Below are positions 26,002 through 39,636 of a stretch of 64,000 nucleotides of DNA, piece by piece. Location: contig CM119373.1 of NCBI GenBank assembly GCA_051294905.1, positions 1,676,001-1,740,000 on the forward strand. Direction: 5' to 3'. Within the stretch, counting starts at the first letter, position 1; every line of letters starts with the position of its first letter. The position numbers and the translations under genes are program-made. Below the pieces are notes generated by a model that was not told the origin of the DNA, ran no database searches, and was given only the letters and a program-made list of their open reading frames with translations. The DNA comes from Botryllus schlosseri. Its lineage: Eukaryota.

Positions 26002-28081
26002 AAGGAGATCCGGTGCCGCTGAGGCAATAGGCTTACCGTAAATAGTAGTAAATTTTTGTAGTACATAGGCTAACCTTTTCACTTAGGTTATTTTTCTTCT
26101 CCCTCTTCCTCCTTTTCATCGTCGTTGGATTTCTGCTTCAACTTAGAGTCTTCTTCAGACTCACTACCTCTCCCTCCTGGGACTTGACTCGTCTTCGTGA
26201 GTCAAGTCTCAGGGAGTCTGTTTCTATCTCCACTAGAGCTTGACTCGTTTTCGTGAGTCAACTCTAGTTGGAGTCTCGATCGCGTGAGTCAGGACTTGTC
26301 GAGTCTTTCCTTTAGAGCAGGGGTGGGCAAACTTTTGAGTTCGCGGGCCGCATTCAACATCTGAATCCATTCGCGGACCGTACTATATAAAATTGGGATT
26401 ATAAACCAAAATGCAATATTTATATTTGATTATATAGTGAGGACATTGAGATAATATACGTATGTGCTCATTTAAAACAAGCCAACATTGCTTTGGTGAT
26501 ATCGTACACGCGTCAGAAACATATAGTGGCGAGATCTCATAGACTGTTGGACATCAATAACAAATTTGTCAAACTTAGAGATGGAAGTCGGTTGGCCCGA
26601 TTGTTAGAACATGATTGAAATTTAAATATGTGAGAAGCGATCTGTTGATTTGCTAATTCCACATTTGGTTCAGTTCCAGGACACACAATGCCGACAGCAT
26701 CCATGTTAGCTTCAAACACGCTTCTACTATGTGTAGATAAAATATGAATACCCCAATTGTACGCATACAGACAACCAGTGGCGGCTCGTCCTATAGGGCA
26801 ACTGGGGCATTGCCCCACCTAAAATTCTGTTCAATAACAATTTAACCATTTATAGACGCACAGCGCTCAATATATACCGAGATCACAGCGAAACCCGCGT
26901 TCTTCTTGTGCTTTCGCTTGCAAATGCCCAATTGCCCATACATAGAGAAGTCTCTGCGAAAATCGAATTCTCTTCTGTGTTTTCGCTTTGTGAATGCCTA
27001 GCCGGGGCTTGCCCCGGTAGCGCTCATAACAAGCTTTCACTATCTATTCTCTCAAAGCCGCGCACAATTAAGAAACCGTGATTTAGTCTCTCCCATTCGT
27101 AAAATGGCCGAGCAACCGGGGCAAATATGCCTGGTCGCCCCTAAGGTGTGATGTAACAATCGTATCTATATCTGAACTCGGATACCGTAATATGCGTCGA
27201 GTCGACCTTTGCTGGTATAGGTCGATTTTCATGGTGTTTCAAACCATGATAATTCTTGAAACTTGGTATGTCATGTCGTGATGGTGGTATTTAACACTGT
27301 ACTAAGTTTCAGGGTTTCTACTCAAAGTTTAGGGTAGTAATTCCGTTTCCAAAGTCGAGTTTGTGCTGATCCGTCATGTATCGCAAACAGATTTTACTCA
27401 AAAGCCGGTATTGGTATCCATTGATTTTAACGATGCTCCTTAGCTAGATCCGTCATGAGCTTTTACATGGTATGTCTTGATTTTAGTATCGAACGCTGTG
27501 CCAAGTCTCAAGGTTGATACTCAATGATTAGGGCAGCAATTTCGTAATCAAGTTCGAGTATGGTAGAGATGTGCGCTGATCTGACACTTAGCCTACCTAA
27601 CGCATTGCGGATTTCACGCAAAAGCCGGTGTATCTGTGTTCCATACTGAGATAGGTGATGAGATGATGATATCATGAAACAGTTTACTAACATCCTCGGT
27701 TTGCATTCAAATATTTAGTTTATTTTATATTCTCCAATGTCAATTTCACCGTGAAATTGTGGCCTTCGGGCCATTTGCTCACAATTACAACCCCTGTCAA
27801 GCGCGATAGCTGTTTCGTTTTCGATGGCGGCTAACAGCTGATCGCTTGATCAGCCTATTCCTCAGTAAATTTTACGCAAAATTCGTTGTTGGTCTGTTCG
27901 TATTAATTTTGACAGTGTACCATACCGAAAACGGTCATGAGGCTACTTCTCGATGATTTCATGTAACAGTGTACCAAGTTTTCGGCTTTCATCCACGTAT
28001 TTATTCGGTAATATATTTTCCGAAGGCGATTTTGCAGCAGACATATAGACACTATAGACCGTAAGCCGTATGTGTCGTGTG

Positions 28082-28598
28082 TAGGGCTGGGCAAAATCGA
28101 GTACCTGAGTGATTCGATTCTGAATCACGTAATATGCTTCGAGTCGAGTCGAGTAATCGAGTATCACTCATTATGATGTCATAACAGAATGTAATATGTT
28201 CAAGTTCAGATATGTACCTTTTATGCGACCACAGAGAATATAATGCCTGTTATCCATCACATTAAAGATACTTCGGTATTTTTTCGACCATACCGATTTC
28301 ATTGCACTTTGTGACAATGTTGTTGGATGATCATGATTTTGGACATGCGGTATTTCCAGTAACGTTCGTAGCTTTGTACTTTACGTTTCGTAAGTTACGA
28401 TACGGCCAATCAAGGTTTCAAGGCTTCAACAGTGAAAATTAGTATCGGGACTGTAATTATCGTTGATAAATTAACTTTTAGTAGTGAGGAGCGTATAATT
28501 TCAGTACTCGAAAGAATCGTATTTTACTACTCGACTCGAATCATTAAAATTAATACTCGATTCAGATTCGAGTACTCGAATCATTGTGCCCAGCCCTA
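28082..28598. mobile_element. hAT MITE family C copy
   Basis: TIR TAGGGCTGGGCA / TGCCCAGCCCTA; perfect TSD GTCGTGTG. Confidence 0.9.
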
Positions 28599-28865
28599 GT
28601 CGTGTGACAGTCTCCAGCCTCAAGGCCAAAATGGCCAAAATCTCCCAAGCTGTACCGGGACCGAATTTCCGAGGCTGCTATCCGTAGTTCTTCAGAATGA
28701 TGTTTTGGATTCAATATGACATTTCCTTGTCCAATCTATGAGATAACAATTGCGTATGTGTCCGAACTCGTTGACCTTTCCAGTTAGGCATACGCAATCT
28801 CTCGATTTATAGTCATTTCCATTTCTGCAGATAAGTAGTCAGGTCAAGTGCGAACATGAATCGAC

Positions 28866-29789
28866 GTGAATCGTGTTGAATCTTTGCTCCGTACGCCGTT
28901 TAGGCAGCTGCCTTTAGAGCAAAAATTAGAGCTAAAGCGACTAGGTCCGTATCAGCCTAGAAATTGCCCATTGATCCAATCGTACGCCGGAGGAAAACGC
29001 ACGCCTTTTCTTCAGCGCATTTCGATAAAAATGAATGGCTTACTTATAGCGAGGATAAAAACGCCTTGTTTTGCTTTTACTGTCTTTTATTCGACAGTGC
29101 CGGTACCGGAAGCAGTGGCTCTTGTTGGAACAAAATTGGTTATCGCGATCTGAATCATTTGTCAGGGCGTGTGAAAGCGCACCAAAAATCCCAAGTGCAC
29201 ATGGCTAGTGCAGTTAAATATAAATTGTTTGGCGGAGTAAATGTAATGTCGCAGCTCAATGAAAGTTATCGCGTATCAGTCTGCAAGCACAATGAGCTTG
29301 TAAATAAGAATAGGCATGTTCTCTCTCGGGTGATTGATGCCATTAAATTTATTGGAGTTCATGAATTGCCCCTTCGGGGCCACGATGAGAAGGAATGCTC
29401 TCTCAATAGGGGGGTGTTTTTGGATCTAATTAAATACACGGCTTCCATGGATAGCATTTTGCGCGAACATCTCGACACCGCGACAGTAGCTAAGTGTACC
29501 TCAAAGACTATTCAAAATGATGTGCTTGATTCTATATATCACATCTATCTACAGCATTTGTTTACCGAGATTGTTGACGCTGAATTTCTATCTATTCAGT
29601 CTGACGAAACAACTGACATTACGTGTTTGTCACAACTAGTCGTGATTTTTCGGTTCACGAAATTTGGTATGCCAGTCGAACGATTCCACAGCTTTGTGGC
29701 TGTTGACGATCGCACTGCTGTAGCAATTTCTTTCGTATTAAAAAAACATTACAGCCCTATTCAGTTGAGTCGAAACTTATTGCGCAAAC
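28866..29789 (+). pseudogene. hAT transposase pseudogene (ZMYM1-like)
   Basis: WLTYSEDKNALFCFYCLLF zinc finger, LPLRGHDE...NRGVFLDL, SKTIQND, SIQSDETTD; frameshifts near 29000 and 29745; cut at KLIAQT by the P-like element. Confidence 0.9.
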
Positions 29790-32693
29790 CAGGGATATCT
29801 AGACTACGGGATTGATAACTAGTCACGTGACCGCGTACTCTGTTGACGGAATGAGGGCATTCTTGACAAACAGGAGTTGAGGTGGAGTGTCGTTGGGCTC
29901 GTAGTTCAGTTTGCGTTCGTTGTTATTCGTTAATTCGGGGCTACATACTGATCGCCAGGCATCTGCGAGATAAGTTAAGGACATTGTACGTACATCGTAG
30001 CTAGCTGGCAACCTTCGCCTGTCTCATAAACCTTGTGCGAAGCGTCAATGACGGTCGCGTTTTGGCAGTACCGGTACTAATTCTAATTCTAATTTGGGTT
30101 TTGCGTTCATCGTTAACTTCGTCGTTACTGGTGATATAAGAGATGGACTGACCGTAGATCTTACTGAAGTGAGCTAAGATAAGTTTCCATAGTGTCAATG
30201 TTCGAGCGTTACCGTGGCTACTCAGTCGTTCAGTTTTTCACGCGCGAGCAGTACCGGTAACTACTCGAGTCGTTCAGTTTTTTCCATGCTGGAGAGGTAC
30301 CGATAATTGCGGGTGGCTACTCATGTCATTACGTTTTACCATGTTGTACAGTACTGGTAGTGACTGACGGGTTTGTATACTCGTTTGTTTTTTGTCTTGA
30401 CATATAGCAACTGATGCTATACTGAATATAGAGAGACGGGCCTACATAGGCGTTCGGGGCTTTAGGCCTTTAGGCTTAGAGGCTCTTAAACCTACACGCC
30501 TATATCATGTAATTTCCATTTTATTACCTTAAATTGATAGAAGTAACCTTCTTAGGCTTGAATATATCTAACGCTGACACTACGAATGACGAATGGGATA
30601 TACATGGTGTGTCAAATCGCCGTACCGGATAAAAACCCAGAAAAGGTGCTACATTAGAGGAAAACTCAGTTTTACATGGACGCCTGTTTGTTTTGCCACA
30701 AGAGCAAAATTCATGCCAGAAATGGATTAGAGCGATTCCACGCAAAGATTGGATAGTCACTATATACACCAGGGTGTGTGCAAAGCATTTCTCTCTTGAT
30801 GACTTCATGGAAGATACCCGTGATTGTGATACAAGCAGCACCCGCCGAAACAAACATGAATTTCAGAAATTATCAAGATCGAGTTTGAAACTGGGTGTTA
30901 TTCCTCATATTTTCACGAAACTGTCGGAGTATTTGAGTGCATCCAACCCCAAATGTCGGAGTAACAAGCAAATATTTATGCATGAAAAATTGGAAAATTA
31001 GATTCTCTGAAGGAAAAAATTAAGAGTGAGACACTGCCATCCGGATATAGTTCTGTGTGCAATGTGCACTAATGATTTGCTGCAATTTCACTGGATGGAG
31101 ACATCAGAGAATGAATGGAATGAATCCTCCCACTGCTGGTCATGAGGATATTTAGGAGTGTCGCGCGATGCCAAGTTCGTCCATATACGAAAATTGTATG
31201 AACTTCAAGAAGGCCTTCCCGTCAAAGCTGCTCAGAGATTGACAAAAGTATCTTTGAATCCTAGCGGTATTGCCCGAACGTCGCCTATACATTCTCCTGG
31301 TGTTTTCAGTGAGAGCACTGTGATTGGGCTTAAGGCATAGGCAGTCCCTTTATGAAGGAGCCTCTTGCAAAGTCTCTGTATTTTTACAAACTGTGCGTTA
31401 TCTGGAATTCATCACGTTCCTGAAAAGTCCTAATTAAGCTTCCAGGAAGAGAAATCCATTCTACATGCCTTTACAAGAAATGGAAGGATGTGTCCAGTGT
31501 CCATCCTAGCTGAACAAAGCCATAACTATATTCAGGGAGTGGCAAAGATCGGGCAGAGTTGGGCTCACTAACGAAACCTTTATGGCTTGCGTTCAAACCA
31601 TAACCACAGTCCTTGCACTGTCAAAATACCTTCAACAGCGACATGACGGGAGTATTTTCTCACCGGAAAGGTCTAGAAGACAGATCCCATTGAGGCTAGA
31701 TTTGGCATGGGGCGAACTTTTTCATGTCCGTGAAACAGTAACTGCTCGCAGAAAAGAAGTTCAGCTGCTTGAGCTTACTTCAGCAGCATGGTTTGAAGAG
31801 TATTTGACCACAACTGTGTTACAACCTGCAGAAGATTATAAATGGTTGGTGAGTTTTCCGTTGAATTTTATCAAAATTGAAGAGACCGGTGTTATATATT
31901 TTGTCAGTGGATACATTGGCCGATCACTTTCTGTCCGACGAAAGTACATGGATTGCAAAAAATTGCTGATAACCGGCCGTGATGTTCCGGATTTGGATTT
32001 ATGCTTCCGAGAAGAATACAAACAATAAAAAAATAGCTGATTGAGGTGGACTTGCTGAGCCTACCGAGCTATGCTTTGCAGTAACGCTTGCTGTCAAATA
32101 TTTACCATCATAAGTGATTCAATCGACATGAAGCAAAAAATTGTTTTGTTGTCAAAGCCAAAGATTTGTTTTCACGGAGGCAACTCACGAGATGGTTTAG
32201 TTGTCCAGCCTAATGCGCCCTCTTTTGAATAACTGCTGTTAATCTGGTCATGCAAACTGCAACTCCAACGTCCAGACAGCTTTCAATTGCTTTGGGAAGA
32301 ACGAACTTGAGCGATTCAACAGCAAACCATCTCTTGTGCCGCCAGCAAAGAAACTACGTAAAACTATGAAGCTTGCGTCAATGATTGACATGATCAGAAT
32401 TGATGGTATTGCATGTCCTGTAACAGTTTATCTTGTGTTTCTAATCAATAAATTGCATGCGATTCCACGAGAATATTATAATAAAGAAAAGTATTTGTGA
32501 CGTCATAGTCGCTATGACGTCATGGTCACTATGATGTCATCAACAATTTGCTATATAACTTGAAGGAGTAAAAGTGAGCAACAGTAGGTAGCGGCGGTAG
32601 GTGCAGACAGCAGACCTCATAGATAATGTGAATTTTGCCCTCATCACGTAACAGGCAAAAAAGAGTTATCAATCCCTAGTCTAGATATCTCTG
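29790..32693 (+). mobile_element. Decayed P-element-like (THAP) DNA transposon
   Basis: About 30-bp TIRs CAGGGATATCTAGACTACGGGATTGATAACT / AGTTATCAATCCCTAGTCTAGATATCTCTG; THAP motif (KWIRAIPR...VCAKHF...GVIPHIF); P-transposase motifs VFSESTV, GLTNETF, DPIEARFG, YFVSGYI; many stops and frameshifts. Confidence 0.88.
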
Positions 32694-33324
32694 GGTTTTG
32701 GCCAACAAACCACTGATAAAATGCGGTGCTAAAACATAAGTGTCGACAAAACCTTGGCAAAAAATAGCCAATGCTGGATGGCCAAACCATTCGATATGGA
32801 TATGCTCCGTTGTCGGCACGGAATAGTCCCGTTCTTGCAATCTGAATAGACAGTAGTACAACTGTACCACGCAGAGGAATTTAATTCTCGAGCTCCTAGA
32901 CCTTTTTGTCAGCTTTCAGAAACTCTTCCAGCAAGCATTTTTCACTCGTGAGAAATACCAAGTATTTTGTTTAGGAGTACAGAACAGATTTTACACCTGG
33001 CCATCCAAGCACTACTAGACGTTTGTGTACAAAACTTGTTTGGCCGAGAAGGGTTTTAGTCAAATAGTTGAAATCAAAACGAGCGAAAAAACTAGCCCGT
33101 TTGATGAGACACTTGATAGCTTAAGCTACGTAGTACCCAATTTGTTGCACATCTGAACAAATAAATGTTGTATTTTCATCTTCTTTTTGTATAGCAATTT
33201 TCGGTTACTTCGTGCGAATGAAACTTATTTCACAAAAAAGTGCGAATGAAGCTCAAAAAGGTTGAAAAGCACTGCTATAAGCTATAAGCTAATTCAGGAT
33301 TGAAAACATGAGTTTAACATGACG

Positions 33325-33511
33325 TCAATGCAGTGACTTGGACTCTGACTCGAGTCATAACACTATTACTCGGACTTGACCCTTTAAACGGTGACTTGGA
33401 CTCGGACTCGACTCGGTGATGAATTGAAAATGACTCGACTTGACTCGAGTCAATACCACAAAAGTAAGATTGACTCGTGACTCGGAACCATGTGACTTGG
33501 TTACAACCCTG
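33325..33511. repeat. GACTCGAGTC-rich subterminal fragment of a hAT MITE
   Basis: Repeated GACTTGACTCGAGTCA motifs ending in ACAACCCTG. Confidence 0.6.
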
Positions 33512-33559
33512 TGTAATCGTACCAATTTTTGGTCGAAGTGATGATGTTGAAATGTTTGC

Positions 33560-34265
33560 ATAATTCAAGTTGAATTTAGTGACCAATCCTATTGTGTCGC
33601 CATGTGTATTCGCTAGCTGCAAGTGCACCACAGCAGGGCATGAGATGTGCTACAGTTTCATTTTGGTTGTGGCACATACTGCACTTGCCGTCCGTGTTTT
33701 GCTCCAGAATTCTTTTGCGGTAGTATTTTGTAGGAAGCGATTGGTCTTGTGTTGCGAAAACGAATCCTTCGCTTGCCGGTTTCAGGCCAGAGCTGGATAG
33801 CCAGGCCCATGAAAGCTCGTCTACATGGGGCTGTGAAGTTAACTTCTTGTGCTGTCCGTGGAGAGGCATCGACTCCCACATCGTCTCTCTCATTTTGAGT
33901 GCTGCTTTTGTTATTATTGTGGGTTTGGCAACAGTGTTTTCAGCAGTTGTACAGCAGTTTTTGCCTTCTCTGGCGTACTTGTCGTGTCGGTAGCTCAGAG
34001 ATTTCGTTTTGCGCTGTTTGTCTTCCTGTGCAATTAGTTTACAGTAAATGCTATCGCTGTTGTTGACGTACTGTGACAAGCCGTGAATTTCCGTTTTGAA
34101 AGTTTGTTCAATTTCTTGAAGTCCTCGACCGCCTTTTTTTCTGGGGATGTACATTGTACAGTCTCTCTCACGCAGTCTCCGGTACGCTCGCTTTGTCATA
34201 GCTTCTTTGCTGTACTGTTTCATTCTTCTTGCACTCTATCAGTCTCTTTCAGGCACTTCATCAGC
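33560..34265 (-). mobile_element. R4/Dong-like non-LTR retrotransposon fragment
   Basis: ORF 33576..34223: YIPRKKGGRGL, PLHGQ, SEGFVFATQDQ, CSMC...ETVAHL..C...Y..RHN. Confidence 0.85.
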
Positions 34266-35144
34266 TGATCATCGTTTCTGTTGCTACGGAATCATAGCTG
34301 TACCACTACCATTGGTGTCGTGACGCTGGCGCTTAATCAACTGCGCCACTCGTTTCCCACTAATTTTGGTGTAAAAACGTGCCTAAGAAAGTAACTAGTG
34401 AACTGCTACTAGTATATTGTCGTAGTCCAGACCGCGGCATGTCCGTGTGATTGAATATGGAAATTCCATAATATATGTCGTAAGCAGAACCATGACACGA
34501 ATATTTGAATATCCGTTTTATGCTGACAAATTCGTTTCTCTCCCAATCCGGTCAAAGGTAGGCGAAACCCACGTGTTCGAATTAGGCAGATTTTACTGCA
34601 CCTATGTATGTGTTTCAGATGATTGTATGCCGTGAATATGCTATTTACTAGGGATGGTGTGAACGTGATGCTCATGTTCGCGATCTGGGTATGAAACTCA
34701 GACATTCAGAGGTTCACGTTCACAAACGAACCTTGGTAGGTTCTGCACTGTGAACCTTTTTCACATATTCCGATTATTCATGTCATTATAACAAATTTGG
34801 TTGAAATTCCTTGCATTTCAACTGCGTGACACTCTGCGCATGGCGCTGGCAGCATAAAAAATCAACACTAAACGAACATGCATCTTGACAATCTCATCAT
34901 GGTGTCCCAGTGTTGGGATCAAGTCCCTACCTTCGAGTCACGAGTCATCTCGAGTCATAGCACATTTTGACTCGAATCAAGTCAATCGATTTTCGAAGGT
35001 GACTCGAGTCAAGTCAATTAACTCGTTTTTTGAAAGTTACTCAAGTCAAGTCACGAGTAAAGTCACAATTCAAGAGAAATTGAATTTTCGAAGTATGAGT
35101 GAAGAGCTTCTTGGAGGTACAGAACTTCAATATATAATTGAATA

Positions 35145-35376
35145 ATATATTCATATAGGTATGAACCCGAGTATTTTCGGCTGACACTCGTCAGGGGTAA
35201 CCATCAACAACTATTAGAGAATTTAAAATAACATTGTTCATCAACAATCGTAACCTCATATTTTGTGATACGATTGTTGATATACAATGTTCTTTCCAAT
35301 TCTCAACCAGTTGATGACGATTACCCGTGACGAGTGTTAGCCGAAAATATTCGGGTTCATTTCAATGCGAATATAC
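35145..35376. mobile_element. Palindromic MITE
   Basis: Arms ATGAACCCGAGTATTTTCGGCTGACACTCGTCA / TGACGAGTGTTAGCCGAAAATATTCGGGTTCAT; partial copies near 16283-16405 and 40075-40140. Confidence 0.75.
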
Positions 35377-35410
35377 TGTTCAGAAGTATGAGTGATGATT
35401 TATATATAGT

Positions 35411-37604
35411 CAGGGTTGCCATCGACGTCGACCCAAAACTAACGACAGTCGACAAATTAGATTAGAATGAAACAGCGTTTTTGTACATACTTTTTAGTTA
35501 TACGACCCGTGGCATATCCCATTCCATACTTTTCGTCCGAAACAATATACTCCAGCAACTCCTTGTTATTAGAAAGAGCTTCATGGATCTCACGACAGCT
35601 CAGGTCAAGGTTTACCCTTACTCAGGGCAGTTCGTCACCCCCCCAAAAAACGTCGGTCCTGGCCCCTCCCCCATAGGGCGATAAACCAAACTTCTTCACC
35701 TCGTCAGAGGCGTCAACCAATATTGAAAAAAGGCCGTAAACCAAGTTTAGACAAAATAATTTTTGAGCGCATGGAGCCAAAACTCCGATAACAATGCTCG
35801 TAGTCTTGGTCCTGGCCGATGAAAACTTATTTGCGATGTTGGAATCGGGGAATATTGCTTTGAACAATTACGATGCGCAATCGTTGGTGAGGAATGATTG
35901 CTGGTGTTTGACAGTATGGGAATGCTCATTGCTCATGTACCCTCTGCAGCAGCTGCCTTGTAGTCCAGGCCTGGGCAAAGTGCGGCCCGCGAAGCTATTC
36001 TGTGCGGCCCGCGAAAGGTTCCTTGGAAATCAAAACATAAAACTTGCTTTTTGAATGACTAAAACTGGCTGTATCAAATGAGCAGGAAATTCGTTTACTT
36101 TGAAGCATGTTCAATTGTTCACGCCACGATAACGCTGCCTCCGTACCTCCGTACCCTACGAACGCATGCGTAGTCCAGTCCAGATTCAAAATAAAGGCAA
36201 CGTGGCAAAGTATGAGTAGCAATTGAAGACAAAAGAAATCGCTCATTTTATATGGTTTAGTTCAAACCTTCCTTGTTACCATTGTCAAATTACGCATTAT
36301 ACGATATACAATTAAATAGTTTATTCAGAAGAGTGGCGCGAAGCCGAAGTTTATTGAAAAAAATTTCGCGCTTCGCGCGATATACCCCAGCTTTGAGAAC
36401 CACTGTTTTAAATTCATAATCGAAGAACGTGGATAGGGGTTTTAAGAAAGCAAAAATGTATCGTATTTAACAATGTTACGATTCTTACGAATCATGACAG
36501 CAAATAGATATTTTTTAATTAACCGTCACTTTCTCATTACCTAATATCAGCACATTCACTGAGCAGCATTAATTAGGAATGTAATTTACAAATAAAATTA
36601 AAATACGCTGGAGAATATAGCTAAAATTTTCCACTCGGCCCGCCAATGTATTTATGTTTTTCATTTGGCCCGCGGAGAAAAATAATTGCCCACCCCTGTT
36701 GTAGTCTGTGGTCGTTGGTGCTGATCGACCTGTGGAAAATTATTCATCGACTGGCCCAAATTAATCATTATGACAAACTTCTTGTGTTTTGGGATATCAA
36801 TGTGAGTTGAAATACCTGTCTTTTCTATGACCTCCAGGTTAATGTCAAAGTGCAAAGTGCAAAACACTCGCGCCCTTCAAGCTTCGTTAGATACATTTGA
36901 ATTCTCTCTCATAATCGTCACGGAAAACGTTTTCACGCCTGTTCAATTTAATTAATCAGATTTAGCCTTATGAGTAGCTGAAACTATATGCGCAAGAGCA
37001 ATATAATTTAGAATATTTTAGCAATGATTTATAGCTTTACTACATTCCAACCAATGTGTCGACTGCCGTTTTTCTCTACGCAATAACTGCTGCCCTCCCC
37101 ACAGATTGAGCTTATTCTGCTGTAGACCAAACAGCAGGAATCTGGTACTGCTCTTTACTGCTAAAATGACGTGCGCTGCGGTAGCTTGGTTCAGACGAAA
37201 CTGCTATACCACTCACTGCCCTAGCTATCTTACCACTTGAAAGTCAAATCTTGTGGTATGTACGTCACGAGAGTTCCTTTCATATGTTGTTGTTGTTTAT
37301 TAGAAAGAAAGATTTGGCGCTTATCACCTGTTGGTCTTTTGCGCCACGACCAAGAATTGCGTAATAAAACCTTTTATATGTGATGTTATAAAATCTCGAC
37401 GAAAAAGCATAATTTTGGAATATCATGCAACACAGATACCAGAGGAAAACGATCGATATTCTGTAGTGGTTGAAAATAAGACAAAATAAGGACGCAAGCC
37501 GAAAATAAGGACAATTCTTGGAAATAAAGACAGTTAAGTTTTCTAAGACATAGCCCTTCAAAACGAGGACAAATCTTAGAAATAAGGACGGTATGGCAAC
37601 CCTG
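35411..37604 (-). mobile_element. hAT-type element with transposase remnant
   Basis: TIR CAGGGTTGCCA / TGGCAACCCTG; minus ORF 35622..35867 FKAIFPDSNIANKFSSARTKTTSIV...FSILVDAS. Confidence 0.75.
35966..36698. mobile_element. hAT MITE nested in 35411-37604
   Basis: CAGGCCTGGGCAA / TTGCCCACCCCTG; perfect TSD TTGTAGTC. Confidence 0.85.
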
Positions 37605-38394
37605 TTATTATTCAATACATTTTGCTCACTACGTGAAGAATAGATTAATTCGCCATTTATCTTGAATCAAATAACGAATATAAAGTTGAATACATGCAAA
37701 AAGGCGTTATATCACTCACGCACACGTTGAACTGCTAATAAAATACATGAGTAACTGCTGTTAAGCTATACATGCTACTGCTACAGTCTGTTATCATAGC
37801 TAAAAGTGAGGACCGAATACGAAGCCCCGAATAGTTGAAACAAATTGAGATCGTACAATACACTACCCACCCATCTACACATCCGTGAGAGCATAAACAC
37901 ATAAATTGTATTCGCTCGATATAAATCATACAAGAGGGTTGGTAAAGGTCAGCGCTACGCAATGTAAGCACCGACCTCGTCTATGAAACACAGACACGTT
38001 GCTAGTAGTTTAATCTACTACTACTATGACTACATCAGCTGATGTGATCATTTCGTTTGCGGTCAATTTATTTGTGATGAAGCAATGCAGGATGAGTGAA
38101 ACGTACTATCAGTGAATGACTGGTTTCTCTCACAAGTGACTCCGGCTTATCGCGGACACTCCGTACATACAAGAGATACAGCGATTTAATCGGCACCGTT
38201 TACCTGATGACTTGAAGTTGACTTGTGAATTTTGCTTCGGGTCACGAGTCAATCGACATTTCAGAAGTGCCGAGTCAAGTCAAGTCATTTGGGTAAAGTG
38301 ACTCGAGTCAAGTCAAGTCAAACGAAAAGTTGACTCGAGTCTGATACGAGTCAAGTCATGACTCGAGTCATCCCAACACTGTGGTGTTCTATAT

Positions 38395-38935
38395 GGTGTG
38401 GATACAGGCTAATCTCATACTTGCCATTTGGCTAAAGGTAATTTGACGGTAATTTTTGACGCGCTAGCCAAGTATTAAATTGGATAAAACGGATATCAAT
38501 TGAAAGATACCGCGTTACTGATTACGGAAATATAAATTGGCCTTGGAACTCCTCAAAATCAGCATTGTATGTTGCATTGTAACGGAGTTTGGTATTGTGA
38601 CGCAGCCATGCGGTCTGAGAAGCGCAGGAGCAAGCGAAAATGTGAATGCCCAATCGGTGGCGCAACAATGATCAATACGCTTGAGGTTTGTCCTGATCGT
38701 CACCTGCTCCCAGACGGCATGGTTACGTCACAATACCAAACTATATTACAATTCAGCACCCGAGACTGACCACGAACAGGATAAAATTTATATTTCTGCA
38801 ATCACTACCGCGGTAGCCTTCAATTAATATCCATTTTATCAAATTTCGACCGGTCAAAAATTATCTTCAAATTGTCTTCAGCGAAATAGAAAGTGTGACG
38901 TAGACCAATTTCACTGAGCCGTGAGGTTTGCTAGT
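38395..38935. repeat. Interspersed repeat family (related copies near 56405-56770 and 62165-62400)
   Basis: Shared segments such as AAAGTGTGACGTAGACCAATTTCACTG, GACACAAGCAAATCTCACGG and ACTGATTACGGAAATATAAATT. Confidence 0.6.
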
Positions 38936-39636
38936 TGGGTTTGAATTAGCAATGTGACGTCACGTGACATCATAGGCCCACGTTCGCGTTCACACAGAAG
39001 CTTTTAAAAATGATCAAAAAGGAGCCTGAGCCTCTCAGAGGTTCGCACCAGCACTACTATTTACCAATGTTGATATATGCAGTATTTCGCAGGAATAATG
39101 TGTTTAAAGTACTAACCCGCTTGATCCCTTTTGTCCCACCTTAATTATGGTGAAGCGTGGTACACTCTGCTCTAAGTCTGATTACATCAAGTGAAATCCG
39201 CTAATTCATCGGGAACCATTGACCTCTTGACAAAGGCGGAACCGGTGTTAAAATCAATTAATTACGTCCCTATATAGCCAATAAGCACATTAATGACTTT
39301 GAAGTATATATATTAGGAGTTGAACCGCAATATTTTGAAGAAATCGTGGGGAGTCGGGTGAAATCATGAAATCTAGGTTATCTAGTATTAGTTAAACTAA
39401 GATATGGACCATATGGGCAGTTATCGGTCAATTTTTCATTTCAAGGATTTGATGAAAGACGATCGACATGAATCTCTCGTGATGTGGAATGTGAAATTTT
39501 TCGGCTCACAATGCTTTACTGCGTAGACTGCATAAGAGATATTTACATCATGTCATGCAACCTATCTTATGGCTCATATTTTTCATATTGTCCGATCTTT
39601 CAAATGTTGTTTTTAACATGGTGATTTATTTAACAG

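Larger units (their letters stand above)
26776..29789 (+). mobile_element. Truncated hAT element (ZMYM1/TTF-type, DUF4371-like transposase)
   Basis: Left end CAGTGGCGGCTCGTCC at 26776; transposase remnant downstream; nested MITE at 28082-28598. Confidence 0.75.
34908..38381. mobile_element. hAT MITE family E (CAAGT/GACTCGAGTC arrays) expanded by nested insertions
   Basis: TIR CAGTGTTGGGAT / ATCCCAACACTG; TSD tggtgtcc / tggtgttc; uninterrupted copy at 47573-48496. Confidence 0.85.
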
